Source of the DNA: Daphnia carinata
Taxonomy: Eukaryota
Reading direction: 5' to 3'
DNA: 64,000 nucleotides
NCBI RefSeq assembly: GCF_022539665.2
Contig: NC_081333.1
Span: 7,316,001 to 7,380,000, forward strand
Made by a program: the position numbers and the translations under genes. Positions 1-13,300 of this stretch are shown here, one piece after another; the first letter of the stretch is position 1, and every line of letters starts with the position of its first letter. The notes below the pieces were generated by a model. It was not told the DNA's origin. It worked only from the letters and a program-made list of their open reading frames with translations, and made no database searches.

Positions 1-1795
1 GGGGAAGAACATAGAGGGTCATCGCGCACACGCACACACAGAGCGGAAGAGGGAACTCTATGAAACTGTGAGCCGGGGAGGAAGCATTGAGCAAATATCT
101 ATAAGGGCAGGGTGGATGGATAGAGGAAACACATTCCACATATGGCCACCCCAAAGCTCGCGATGATGGTCCCATATTGCATCCGCCGAAGAACCGGCAT
201 AGCACAACCGACTTGCTCTCTTCTCCCCCCTTCTCGTTCACACAGTCGTAAAAAAACGCCACAACGGACGGAAGGTTTTGAATTTTCCCGCCTGCTGACT
301 TTGGCTATATGCTGGGGGACGGTTGACGCGGCTACAAAGATTCTGCCCCGGGTTTCCGATTTCTCACCCCAAAATATAACACTAGCTTTTTTTCGAAAAA
401 AAAGGAAAAAGAGAGCGCAGACCTTCGGAGACAGGAAAGAGCATCGGAGGATATTTAAACAACCCAACCGAACAGGTTAACGGTCTTGCCCAAGGGCACG
501 AACCGAAAAACCTTACTCAGTCTCCCGAAACGTCTCCAGGCATTCCAACTGCTGCTGGCTGCTGCTCTTCGCCCGTTGAAAGGCAGATGGCTTGCACAAG
601 CGCCTTCAAACCCCCCCGCTCGCTCCGGATTTCAGCAGCTGTTGGCTTTTTTTTCCTCCCGAGTATAGCAACCCTCCCTCTCGTTACATTTCCTCACTGA
701 GAAATCATTACGTTCGAAATCGGTTCACGTATACGAGCACGTGTGCGTTATACATTGTCTGCGCTGCTAGTAACCGAATATTGCTATCGCGCCTTATCGC
801 GCTGGCCGTCTCGAACCACTTTGACTCGATCTCCAATTCCAGTGGCAGACTTGTGCCCCATTCAAAAAATCTTGATTGACCCAACGGTCTCTCGAAAAAC
901 ATCAGGTCGGTTGGGAAAAAGGAAATGGGCAGTGGTTGAGGGAAAGCGGGCCAGAAGGAGAGCGGACAAAGACAACAGGGCTCTACAAAGTCAAGGACGG
1001 CCATCCAACTTTCTTGTTTTTTTCTTCATCCCTTCCAAAGCCCGTCTTGCCCTTTTTTTCGCGTTGTGCCGTCCACTTCCCACTGACACTTTGTGTGGCC
1101 AAAGTCAAACCAAACACCAACGGTCACTTTTTTACTTTCTACGGCTCTCCTCCTCTTTCAACCTCAAAAAGTTGAAAGATGCTGCCGCTCGATAGCTGAA
1201 GCTTTTCTTCTTTTTGTTACTTTAGAAATAGAGGAGGGAAAAGAGGTCGATCGAGGTCGCATGAAATCGCATTCTCTCCAGTGGCTGTCGCTTCATTTGA
1301 AGGGATTATCACCATTTAAACCCTTCCTATTACAGGCACTGCCCACCACCACAAAAACGAAAACAAAGGAAAGCAAAACATACCCTTTGGTGCCTACGAA
1401 GGTTTCCATGTCCGCGTCCAAGTTATCTAAACAAAAACATGAGGATCAGCAATAGTCATGCACTTTCTGGCTACAACCCACATGTCATTACACAGGAAGA
1501 AGGCATGAGGGTTGACCACACAAAAACATACACCATAAACAGGAAATGCATTGTCTTTGGTATAACTTTTGCTGCTAGGTATTGAATTACCATGAGATAA
1601 GAATCTTCTTTTTGGAGTTGAGTCCAGGCTGGCACCGCTCAGGTTATGCACCAAGTTGGTCATGGGAGACATCACAGCCATTTCAAAATTATTTGATTTT
1701 ATTTTGCTGAGATTGGGTAGCCTTTGACTGGATTCCAAATTTAAGTTTCGTTGACTTTTGGGACGAGACTTCCCAGTGCTGTTCTCACTTTCCAT
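1..1795 (-). CDS. Probable Cdc25/string M-phase inducer phosphatase, 5' part only; gene runs off the left edge
   Basis: First coding exon MESENSTG...MSPMTNLVHNLSGASLDSTPKRRFLSH ends at a CATG|gtaatt donor near 1590. MSPMTNL resembles the Cdc25 N-terminal SPVTNL motif. Apparent 5'UTR intron ~1849-2029. No catalytic domain in the window and downstream exons are unresolved. Confidence 0.45.
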
Positions 1796-2209
1796 GTTGT
1801 ATCAGAAAGCAGTACTTCACGAAGATATTTGAAATGGAAGTACTAGAACTGAACAAATAAAAGTTATAAAGAAGAGAAAGATTATCAGTAATTTGTTGCT
1901 TGTTTACGAAAGATAGTGAATGTCTCAAAACTCCCAGAAGAGACTAGTTTCATGCAACACAACGTTTGAGGCAACGGAAATCTGAGTTGGGGGAACAGGA
2001 AATGGTGAAAAACAAGAGATTACACTTACTTGCTTGATTCAAACTGAAGACAGATCGATGGTATAAGTCAATTGAACTAATATTGCATGATATGGAGAGT
2101 TCACGAAATAAAAAACTAGCTAAAGTCAAGTTTTAAACGGCGACAAACTCCTTTGAGACACCATTCACGTTCGTTTCACTCTGCCGCCATCGCTCAGACT
2201 GCGACCACA

Positions 2210-2285
2210 GCGTCACGTAGCGGAGTTATGGCACTCTAACGCCATCTATCGTGTTACCGAAAGCCGGTTTTCAATTTTCAAACTT
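2210..2285 (-). promoter_or_regulatory. Promoter of the Cdc25-like gene: CRE-like CGTCACGT, TAGATGGCG (YY1-like) and CHR-like TTTGAAAA
   Basis: Motifs read directly: cgtcacgt ~2211, gccatcta 2241, ttttcaaa 2275-2282. CHR (TTTGAA) is an established G2/M-gene element. Confidence 0.4.
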
Positions 2286-3564
2286 CTTATCGTAACTTCT
2301 CATTAGAATTCAGTTGGGCATTGCTTAATATAGCTTAGACGGTTACCCAGACTACGAAAAACGGCAATGAACTTCCTACTTCGTTGTTCTGTACTCCTTT
2401 ATTGCAGTGGTCATATGCAAAATAATGACGGGAACGTTTCAAGTAGTCGAGTGCCAATAATGGCACCTCAAGTTTAATCTCCACAGATCTTCGAAAAATT
2501 TATTTGTTTAATACTATTTTGATACGATTTAAACTAAGTTACCACCCTTTAAGTAGCAGTGTCTCGTGAGAAATATATTTATGTGTAACAACAGTGGCAT
2601 TCGGGCTTGATCCCAGAAGACTTTAGGCCATTTAATTCAATACTGAACTTCATATAATAGATATCACTAAGCGCAATAAATCCGGTTAACAATCGCATTC
2701 CTCGAGGGAAATTGTTTAGATATCCAGGTGATAAGAGTAACACCCACGTATAATCCCACAAGATTTGAAACCACTTAATACTTAGTTAATATTTATGTAT
2801 TTAATTTAGCTTGTACGATAATCATGATGTTTCAGAATTTTCTGGCAGGAGAAATCGGTTAAAATTAACAAACATGCTCTCGTGAATCTTAAAAAAAAAA
2901 ATAAACCTTCATTTTCGGTTTCCAACACATGTAGATTGGTAGTTAGGCAAACGGTTTTGATGCCAAGGCTATGTTAGATGCCATTCTATCACAAACCCTT
3001 TTTATCCATGGGCTGGATATAGCGCGTTCACGTCCAGAATACACAGTACACCGAGGAGCCATAAATTGTTTCCTATTCATCCATCTCCAGAGAAATCAGG
3101 TAGTTTTCAAGCAGGGCCGTCACAGCTGGAATGCAGTCCCCTCCAGGGAGAAGAGTGAAACTGTGAAAGAGAGCGGTGGACCATGGTCAGATCGAATGTC
3201 CTGCCGCAGGTCCCTGGCTCCATACACTACAACGATTCTATACCTTTTTAAGTCCGTGCCCTTCTGTAATTTTGGCTTATAAATAATATTTTTGGGAGAC
3301 CATCGAAGGAAATTCTAGTATTCCCACATAGAAAGCTGTATTCTGTTTTGTTCATAATAACTACAGAAAAACACCGATCCAGAAGCACAACGACTAGACG
3401 AGGTTTTTTGTTTTTCTTTTTGCTTGCTTACCTTCTATTGCACAAAAACTTAGTAATGAGGGGAAATTCTAAAGTGTTAAAATGCAATATACAATGGGTG
3501 AAGGGAAAAACAATCAGGAACACACCAAAGTGATAGGAGTGGAGAGCTTATGAGTCTCCTGAAT

Positions 3565-4771
3565 TTATTTGGCTTTTCCTTGATTGGCAACGGCTTCCAT
3601 TGCTTGACGAACGGTTTCTTCGTCGCCCAAAAACTGCATGGATTTGATGGGTTTCAGATCTTCGTCCAGCTCGTAAACAAACGGAATTCCGGTGGGTAAA
3701 TTGAGACCCATGATAGCATCCTCGGACATGTCTATGGTAAACAGAGAAACAAAGTTGTATATTTTTATGATTGATAAGGCATTTAAAACTAGTCTTACTG
3801 TCCAAGTGCTTTACGATGCCCCTGAGCGAGTTTCCATGAGCAGCAATTAGAATTCGCTTGCCCTCTTTGATTTGAGGAACGATCACGTCGTTCCAGTAGG
3901 GCAAAGTTCGTTGAATGGTTAATTTTAAAGATTCGAACATTGGGAACTCGTCCTTGCTTGGCTCGTTTGCGTACCGAGGATCATCCATAATTATTTTGTA
4001 AAACTCGCTCGACTCTTCAAGAGGGGGAGGAGGAACATCGAAGCTTCGACGCCAAATTTGAACCTTAACATTTAGAATAATTTTTTGTTAATAATTCAGT
4101 TGGCTTTTTTCATGAATTGGAAGAAAAATAAGGTAAAGCTATAACTTTTTTTATTAATTTTAATGCCTAAGAAGTAGAGCAATTGGACAATATGTTACCT
4201 GAGCTTCACCATGCTTAGCAGCAGTCTCAGCTTTGTTTAGACCAGTGAGACCACCATAGTGACGTTCATTTAGCCTCCAAGTCTTAAAAACTGGGATGTC
4301 GGTTTGCCCAATTTCTCCCAAGACAGTTTGTAAAGTGATTTGAGCTCGTTTCAAGACAGAAGTGTGAGCAAGATCAAACTGGTAACCAGCATCTTTCAAA
4401 GCCTTTCCACCAGCATGAGCTTCTTGAACACCTACGAGAAAAGGTTTTATCACATTAACATTACTTTAAGTTTGTCATATCCATGTTAGAACAGATTTAA
4501 GTTATGAGAATAATCTAAGGTATTTTTCTTTCCTTTCAACAGTTAAATATTTTAATGTTCATAGAACCAATAATTTGTTTCCAGATTAAGTTAAAATAAC
4601 CTTATCCTTAAACAACCTTCCTACATTAATTGCCTCTAACGTTAATGTTAGTTAGCGTGATCCCGTGATATTACCTTTCTCACTGAGATCAGCGTCAAAC
4701 CAGCCGCAGAAACGATTCTCCTTGTTCCAAGCACTTTCTCCGTGACGGACCATTACGATCTTGAAGACCAT
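3565..4771 (-). CDS. Pgam: Cofactor-dependent phosphoglycerate mutase, 4 exons
   Basis: [26 protein letters not shown] (RHG motif), [33 protein letters not shown], ends QGKAK*. Exons ~4675-4771, 4199-4431, 3799-4063, 3565-3731. Confidence 0.97.
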
Positions 4772-5111
4772 TTTTTTGAGATTCAAGCAAACACAAGCTT
4801 TCAGTTTCAAAGTCACGGTAACAATGCCGGTATTGAGTCGACCGCTGCTGAACGAGGAAACGGACGTAAGCGAAGAACGAAGGACAGGGTCACCTTGAAC
4901 AGAGAGAAGTAAATTTTGCGTTCTCCAGATGGTGTTGTGGTCGCCACAACAATTGATAATCGCGGGATCGCGCGCCCAAGTCTTTGGACGTCAAATTTTT
5001 TAGATTTTCTGCATCATCGTCCTTTCGAACCCTTCAACACAGTGAAACTAATGTCATATTTTGAAGTGCGGCCAGGAAATAACAGTTTCTCCTTCTTGCA
5101 AGTAAATCAAG

Positions 5112-5944
5112 ATGAGTCCTGATGAAGTTACAGTGGAGTGCTCTTGGAAAATCGAAAACATCGACAAAGTCTGGGAAAAAATTTTATGGAAGGATAAGTT
5201 GCCTGAATTGGTTGAAGAAACAAACATTAGCAATTGTTTTAGTATGAGTCAAAGAACTACCGATCCTTGTCCGTGTTCGTTAAAAATTTGCCTTACAAAA
5301 AACAGAAAATTCATTGCCATCCAAATTCTTTCAGAGGTATTATTATTGTTAATTCCCATTACAATGAAACATTGTTTTTTAAAGGAAAATCATAAAATCT
5401 CTTTCTCTAAACACTTTAAGGTTCCTATGATAGAAGTTCATGGACAATATGAAGAGTACCTCATGACTGTTCGGGGTGAGCTGCTAGAAGAAGTAGATGG
5501 CTCTGCTTTGTATGAGTGCAGAATAGATCTGCCAAAGATGCAATCAGAAATACTTCTAAAGGTTGTCCATATTAGGTGTAATGTTTCTTCAGTTTTCTTT
5601 AAAAACTGGTCTATCTTGTATAGCTTTGTAAATTGAAGGAGGCTACCAGTGTGTGGATATATGGCATCTCTGCAGTAACAAAATCCCTTGAAACTAGTGC
5701 ATCGGTGCCCTCGCTCTCTGGGAAAGCCGCTGGCGCTAATCAATTATTAGCCTCGCTAATGCATGGACTCAACCAAGGTAGCAAGAACATTGACGGTATC
5801 GAAACCATAGTGGACAAGAAGCTCAGAGAAATGGAACTTCGCATGATGAGCAGGATTGACGAACGACTTGACCGCATAGAAAAAAGAATGGAAGATGAAA
5901 ATTCAAGAATTATCGCATTGCTGTCAGACCTAAAAAACAACTAA
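5112..5944 (+). CDS. PAAT/C10orf88-like protein, 3 exons (5112-5336, 5421-5561, 5624-5944)
   Basis: The spliced ORF is in frame. PCSLKI..IQILSEVPMIEVHGQYEEYLMTVRG, GANQLL and the C-terminal coiled coil EMELRMMSRIDERL parallel the human C10orf88 motifs (recalled, not searched). Confidence 0.7.
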
Positions 5945-6207
5945 TACAATAATCGATACAGCTTTGAACGTGTTTAATTAGTTACAAGTGACATATTTGG
6001 CCGTTACAAACAGTTAAGATCGTTCAGAGAAACTACGCGATAATTGAAGGCTCTGTTTAAGCTGCGGAACTGCTTTGAACTTGAAAGAAAATTTAGGATG
6101 AATTTAAATATAAAGACTTAATCATCACACAGAAAAATTTAATATGCTACGCGCATGTCTTCGTTTGGGTCTAAAATATTGTTTCACTTCTAGAAGTAAG
6201 AAGTGGT

Positions 6208-7777
6208 CTATAGATCGACATCAGAGTCGATTAAATCGAAAGGAAGGCAGTTCAGGTCACCTTCAATTTCCGCATCATCTACAGAACCAACAGTTGCACA
6301 CTCCTTTTCCTTACTATCATCTGTATCAAAAACATGCAACTTTTGCCTCCACACTTTGATTGATCCATCCCAGCCTCTCCTACTATACTTTTTGTACTTG
6401 TTGGGAGTTTGGGGGTGTTCTTTGGTTCTCTGATTTCTACAAAATTGGATTCACATTAATTTTTTAAAAATCTTTCATTCAAGTTGAAAATACTGACTTA
6501 GGTATGGTTTTGATGTAGTTATCATAGGCAATGGTATTTTTCCCATAGTCAATTTGTTTCTGTCGTCGGGAAAGTACCAGAGGATCATCCTCAAAACCAT
6601 TTGAAGTATTTGTGCTCTTGCCACTAGTGTCTCCTGTTTCAAGCTCTGGTTTCTCAGTTTTTACCTCAGTTTTTGACTCCCTCAACAGAGAAGATGAAAG
6701 TTTCTCTGTATTAGACAAATTCTTCTTTACTGTTTGAGAATAAGAAGTTGTCAGTGAACGCTTCAAATGCAAGTTATCCCTTCTGAGTTCTTTCCTTTGG
6801 GCTGGACCTCTTTCAGGACTTATAATGCTAAATAAACAAAATCAATTTCATATTTGTTCCATTCAGTTAAACATTTTCCTTTTCAAAAAGTGGTATTTAC
6901 CTTGCAGAATCCCATTCGCGTTTCCGAAGTAAACGAGTGGAATGACTCTTATCAGGCAAACTTTCTTCTCCATCTGAACCTTTTTCTTTTTTAATTAATT
7001 TCCTTGGTGTCATCTTACACTACAATTGATTAAAGATGAACAAAAATTTTGTATAATTTTAAAAGTCTGTTTAGCCCACTATCTTTCCGAGCAGCAAACA
7101 GTGGAGGATTTCACAGACCTCCTTTTGTTGCCCAATCAAGCCAAAGCTACTCGAACAAAAACAGATGCGAAAGCGAAGAGAAACTCAGCCATATCTGTTT
7201 AAAGACTGCCATCTTACGACTACTTCTGGCAACAAGCAGCGACTCACGGCCAAGTCTAAGCGAAATGCGCTTTGGGCTAGTCCTAGTTCCCCTTCTCCCA
7301 TTCGGACTTAGAAGTTATAGCTCTGTTGCGAGTCCCGACTTTTCGTTTGGCACGCATGCTATATAAGAACTGGTTGTTAGAGGGCAGCTCGAAAGCTGAC
7401 AAGCTCAACCTTCGCCTGGGTGCCTGATCTCTTTTCTCTGATTTAACTCTGGAACTTTTTTCCCGCCAGTTATCCTTTTTTGCTATGAAGGAAGTAAGTT
7501 CTAGCCACGAATGTCATACAAGTAGTTGTTATTTTAAATTGTTATATCTTTAGGTGTTTTGTAAAAAATATTTTTATTTTTAAATTCTGAATTTTATTAA
7601 AATGATTTTATTCAGGCAAAATAATGTAGAATGTATTCGCTTACTAAAGGAAAACGAAGAAGTTGGGAAGCCAGGGAAGGCGCCACAAGCCCAAGACACA
7701 AAATAGATTCCTACCCAATTTAATACTTCCAACTCAATGTCATTGTTTAAAACAGGGTGTTCTATGCTTAACGACAT
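6208..7777 (-). CDS. SLBP: Histone RNA stem-loop binding protein
   Basis: RNA-binding domain [48 protein letters not shown] and an acidic tail. Exon 7715-7777 splices in frame (W|CKMTPRK) to 7019. An alternative start is possible at ATG 7013. Confidence 0.93.
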
Positions 7778-8350
7778 ATCAGAAAGGGCAGATTTCCTTT
7801 TCCCTTCTGTGAAATTTCAGAAGCGAAGTAAAAGATCATTGCACACTGCATTTTTGGCCGAATCAGTTCCAACCTCTGAAATGACGACGGGGATCTGTGA
7901 ATGATGCCGATTTCGGTTGAATGTTTGAGATTAGTAATCAATTGTACGGTCATATTTAATATACGTACAAAACTACGTATACAACCTCAGCTGGGATGTC
8001 AGAACTCATTATCTCTTCGGAATTCCCGAGTCTTAAAACAATTTTTAAATGTTTGGTTGGGTTTTAATCCTGTAAAGGCAACCCTGCTTTCGGGTGATGT
8101 CTGTTTTGGCTGTCATTGCAAGTTTTAGTATCCACACACACTACCATGATATTTTTGTGTTTTTAAATTTGATGCGAGAAAGTTTTTACCTGGTCTAGGG
8201 AATTTTAGATAAAATGAAAGATTATTTTCTTACAAAGTGAAAAATTGTTTTCTGGCCCCAACTTATTTTTCTCCTTTGCTAAAGCTTGGGATACGCGTTT
8301 CGTTTTTAAGTTTTGGATGCTATTAGCAAAATTAAAACTGTCAATGAAAA

Positions 8351-10334
8351 ATGACACAATTACAACAAGAAAAAGATACTGTTGATATCAACTTGACTCC
8401 ACAAGAACTCCAGATTCTATCAGAACTTGATAGGTATATCAGTGATGTACAATAATTTGACGTTTTCTCACATGTTGCTACTTTTATTGCAGTCGTCAGT
8501 ATGGGTTCTTGCAACTTAACAGCCCTGAACATGCTACAAAGAAAATGTTGGTTGTGAAGGTGTGTGTATATCAAATCAAAGTTCTCTGATCATAAATTTA
8601 ACACTTGTTGTATCTAGGCAATACAATATTTAGAGCGAATGCTGAGTCAAGCTCACCAGCAGTTGAAAAATGAATCAGAGAATCCAGATAAGGGAATCAA
8701 TATTGATCCCAAAACATATTGCAAACTGGGCCATTTTAACATTCTTATTGAAGATTATCCTAAAGGTTTATCATTAATTATATTAAACTGTTTAAGTATG
8801 TATATGTCTAAAGCAAGTTTTGTTATTCTAGCAATGTCTGCCTACCAGAAATTCCGTTCTCTGAGAACTGACCATTGGAGGGATACCAACTATCTCTATG
8901 GCCTTGGACTTGTTTACTTTCATTTTAACTCTTTTAATTGGTGAGTATCAAATTTTAATTAGTGGAGAAAGAAAAAGAATTATTGGAGTAGTTCTGCTAC
9001 AAAGCGCCCGAAAATCGTATCATCCCTCCCGTCGTGAACCCTTTTAACGCGTCATTTTGGAATTACTTGTGATTCCTCCTCGTAGAAAGCGTGCGATAAA
9101 CACAAGGAAAATCAGGTCACCATTCAGGATTAAGAAATTTATTGCAATATTATGCAGCTTTTGCTTCTCTGCTTTTGTTTTTCATTAGTCGCCTTTTCCT
9201 CCCCAAGGCAGACGTGAGTAAATGCCGTCCAGATACAGTGGGAGGGATCGACGTTTCACCTGCAGGTGTTAGTGGTGCGTTCAAGAATAGTTGTAATGGA
9301 TCAAAAAGTCCCAAGGTTGCCTATCCACTTCCGGTCGTCGCTAGATGGTTCTGCGATCCGCTTTCTAGCCCGACTCGATATTATAGGGGTTGCTGTTACG
9401 CCCGAGGCTGCTTGGGAGTAAACCTCTTTGTCCTCGACCCTTCAGATAAAAAAAAAAAAAAAAAATAAAAGCATCGGCCGCGGCGTCCTTCCCTCCCCCA
9501 CCACCCTATACCCTACTTTCTCACCCCTCCACCTCTTTGAATTGCTGGCGAAGAAGAGGGGAAGCGAAACAAAACTACAGGCGCCGTCGACGTCATTTAA
9601 AAGCGGCTGTTTACTTCGGCTATCGCTCCGCACAGCGGATGCATATCTGTGTACCTTCTTTCTAATCCATTCTATGGTGAAGGCCTCTTTTTTCTTTCCT
9701 CTCGTTTTGACCCACCTCATCTCCCTTCCCCTCACGCTCGCTGTATATGGAGGAGGGGGGGGGGGCGCCTGCCATGAGGCTACAAGATACCGTTGGCTTG
9801 GGCTTGAGTCGTGCTTGGTCTGAGCGAGGGATCGGAGCTGGAGAGCGGTTCTGTTGGTTTTGTGGGTGTGTGTGTGTGTGTGTGTGTGAGTGAGAGAGCG
9901 AACGAACTGGCCTTCCCCACGCTGGCAGTGTGACTGTGTTATTTACGCGAACGTGTTTTTACGCTGGGAGAAACGTGAGATTATTTGTTTGTTTAGTTAT
10001 TTTTTGTTTTGCGGAATCGATACATCGAGAAATTTGGGGATCTATAAACATTGGAAAAGATAAGGTCAGTTGAGCCATTTCAACTAACCATCATTATTAG
10101 GATTTATAGTTTAGTGCTTCCCTTAGGGTCTAAGTGAAGGTTGTTTTCTCTATTCTAAATAGAAACCTTGCTTGTATGACCCGTGGAATATGATAAACGT
10201 AAGTTTTCCTCTTAAGCTAAGCAGGAAAAAAAAAATGAATCGATCCATTTGATTTTTCTTTCCCTTCTTTGGAGAAAAGAAACAAAAAATTGTAGCTTTT
10301 GTTCCACTTTGACTGTGGGCGTCTCCTCCCTATT

Positions 10335-10369
<35 letters not shown>

Positions 10370-13300
10370 AGTGGGAGAGGAGCAAGACAGCCAGGACAAC
10401 GAACCCAAACGGCCCCGTCTTAACACACTGGCACTCAGATATACAGACACACACACATACACACGAATAGGGAAAGAAATAAAGAGAGCCCATAGGCCCC
10501 ATCTTTCCCAATTTTCAGGCCGAGCTGTAGGCATCCAACTCCCCTCTCTTTCCACTTGGTGCATTCAATGGCGGCCACATCTCTCTCTCCTACGCTCACG
10601 GTTCGCCTACGGCCTCATGCCTTTTACCCTACCCAATCTTGTATGCAAGCCTTCTCTTAAAAAAAAGTAATTTTAAAATTAAATAAAAACAACCACCGCA
10701 AACGGTTCAACCCTCCGCGCCATCGAAATATGCCTTTCCTCCGGAGATTTTTCTTTTGCTGCTTCTATCGTAACCGATCTGGAAAGGCCCACGGAGGGAT
10801 GAACTTGTTAGGATTTCTGGCTATCGCTCACCTGCGTCGCGTTATTTCCAAGTATAATTAGTTGCTTAGAAGCAACAGTAAGAGTAAGACTAAATAAAGA
10901 AGGATGGCTATTTAAATCCCCCTCTCAGCTGAGCACCGTATCCAATCTTGGGTTATCGTTTCTTTGTACAATCCCTATCCGTTCGTGAAACATTCCGGTA
11001 TCTCTATTTTTTTTCCCTGTTTTCGTGACGTCATTCAATCAACTTGACCGATACCTCGTGGTTGTGAGATGGTGGGACGGAGCTCACGGTCTGACAGACA
11101 GTTTGTGTGTACGTGTCTGTCCTTGTATCTCTTTTAACATTTCCCACCGAATTCATCCCGACCCTGGGGCGTCGTTTAAAAAGCTCTTTTTCGAAGAGAA
11201 TTTTTTTCCCTTCAAAACGGAGCTACCAAAAAAAACCCAAAATAACAGAAAAGCCAGTGGCCTCTTTCTCCTTTTTCTTGCTCCTTCTTGTGGGCGCGTT
11301 TGCATGAGAGAACTGAAAATGATTCGGAGGATTCCGGTGTTACTCAAGAAGCCACTTGTATCATTTTACATGATTACTCTGAAATAATACAGACTAGCGT
11401 CTTCATTCTTCTCCCCCCATTCTCGGGAATGCCTGCGGTTTTTGGCGATGCGTTGTGCAACTTCCGATTGCGAGGCAACAAAATCTCGAAATTCAAACAG
11501 AAATTTTGTCGGACAAAGAAAATGGATTAGATTAGGGGGATGCAAATATGAGTGGAAACGTAGTCATCGTCGTCGTAGCGATTGCAATAGCGTTTTGTTC
11601 CGTGAACTGGGAGGGAAATTTTGACGTTGTGCCTGCGTGGGAAAACATTGGAAACGTTTCGAACAAAGTGTTGGAATTGACCAGTCGTACTGTCGTCAGC
11701 GTGCTGATTGCAAGTCTTTACTGGTTTTTTTCTTATTGCAGGAATATTTCTCCCCTTGTTGCCTTCTAGTGTTGGAGAGAGAAAAAGGTTATAGTCATAA
11801 AAGTAAAAGACGAAAAAACACGAATCTGCTACGGGAACCCTTTGACCATAAATGGGCTGACGTTCTTTGACCGGAACAAGTTTTATTACAACCCGTTCTA
11901 TATCGAATTTTTTTTAAACGCTTGCCTTGTTTTGTTTCTCGAAGGTTTTTTCTTTTCTTCTTAAACAAAAAGCATTGGGATTGTAAAAAAAAAATTGTTT
12001 TCAACAATTGGGGCTCATGTTTGGGTTGAATCTGTCAACAGAAACTGCTGGTTAACTTCTCCTCTCGGTAGTGTTTAATGGCGTTACGGTCTACTCTATG
12101 GGAAAATGACAAGAGTATATATATAAATGTTTTTTATCCTGTAGCTCCATATGGGTGTAGGGGGGGGACAAGAAGCAAAACAAGAGAATGGGGTAGTGTC
12201 TATTCAACAACTGTCTCCCTATCGCCAACCGTATGCCACCGATTGACGGCCCCTTCGGCTTATACTCGTCTAGAATTTCAAATTTTTCTTTTCTCTTTTC
12301 TCTTTTCTCCTTTTCATCAACGTGTGTTTGTTTGAAGGTTCGAGTGTGTTGGCAGGTATGCCGCTCTAGATTTTTCCTTCCACCTTTTTTTTTCTTCATC
12401 GACCCGGCTCTATGTTAGAGGAAACACATACTTGAACCTATGGCTGCTTCGATCAATACCGAGCCAGAACGGAACGCACCCCCTCTATGTTGTTCTCTGT
12501 GAAGGGTGACCCTCTTTACCATCGGTTTTCGATTGGGGGAGCATTTCTATTGAATTTTCAGTTCTCTCTTTTTTTTCCTGTTTTTTTAAGTAGTTATTTC
12601 CATACTTATTCCTCCCCTTCTGGCCCTCTTCTTCCACCCCAATGTTCCTTTTGCCAATAGATCACCCGAGTGTGGCGTTCGTTCATGATGGCCTCGGACG
12701 ATCCCACGCTTTTGGCCCCCCCCGACAACACTACATGACGGCCTGGATGTCTGGCACGATGGGTTTCCAACCCGTCGTGATAGAGGGGAGAAAAAAAATG
12801 AAAGGGATTTTCAGGGGAAAATCGATAATACGTCCCAGTCCCGGCGATTCGTTCTTGACAACAACACAGTACGACAGGGAAATGCGCACACCAACACCAT
12901 CTAGAGTCCCGATCTAAAAATATCCCCCCTCGAAAAGAAAAACAAGGAAATCCCTACAATCCTCTGCAACATTACTTTTCTTTATGCATTACCTCCGTTT
13001 CGATGATTTTCACGAAGTGACTCGTTTTCTCTACAACATGAGGGAAGCAAAAGAAAGTTTTTTTTTTTCAGTGAATGCGTTTGTTTCGAGCCGCGTATGG
13101 AGCGTCGACAGACAGAATTCGAGAACATCCGGCCATGCTAGCCCCCCTTCCGTTCGTTTCCTGTCGGCGCCCGTTCCAGTTCGTTCCTTTTAACGGGCGC
13201 CGTCGTCTTCTTCCGCCACGATGAGACTCACATGGCCGGGAGATGGAATAGATCTACCCACCACCTCCAAAATTCCTATCTGCCTGTTGTTATTTCCCTT

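Noticed and set aside
2960..3250. GC-richer stretch with short hairpins downstream of Pgam, considered as 7SK, RNase P/MRP or telomerase RNA
   Set aside because: No diagnostic conserved motifs; the 7-bp GGAGCCA/TGGCTCC pairing can arise by chance.
9923..9940. TGGCAGTGTG resembling the start of miR-34
   Set aside because: Similarity ends after 10 nt and no precursor hairpin is evident.
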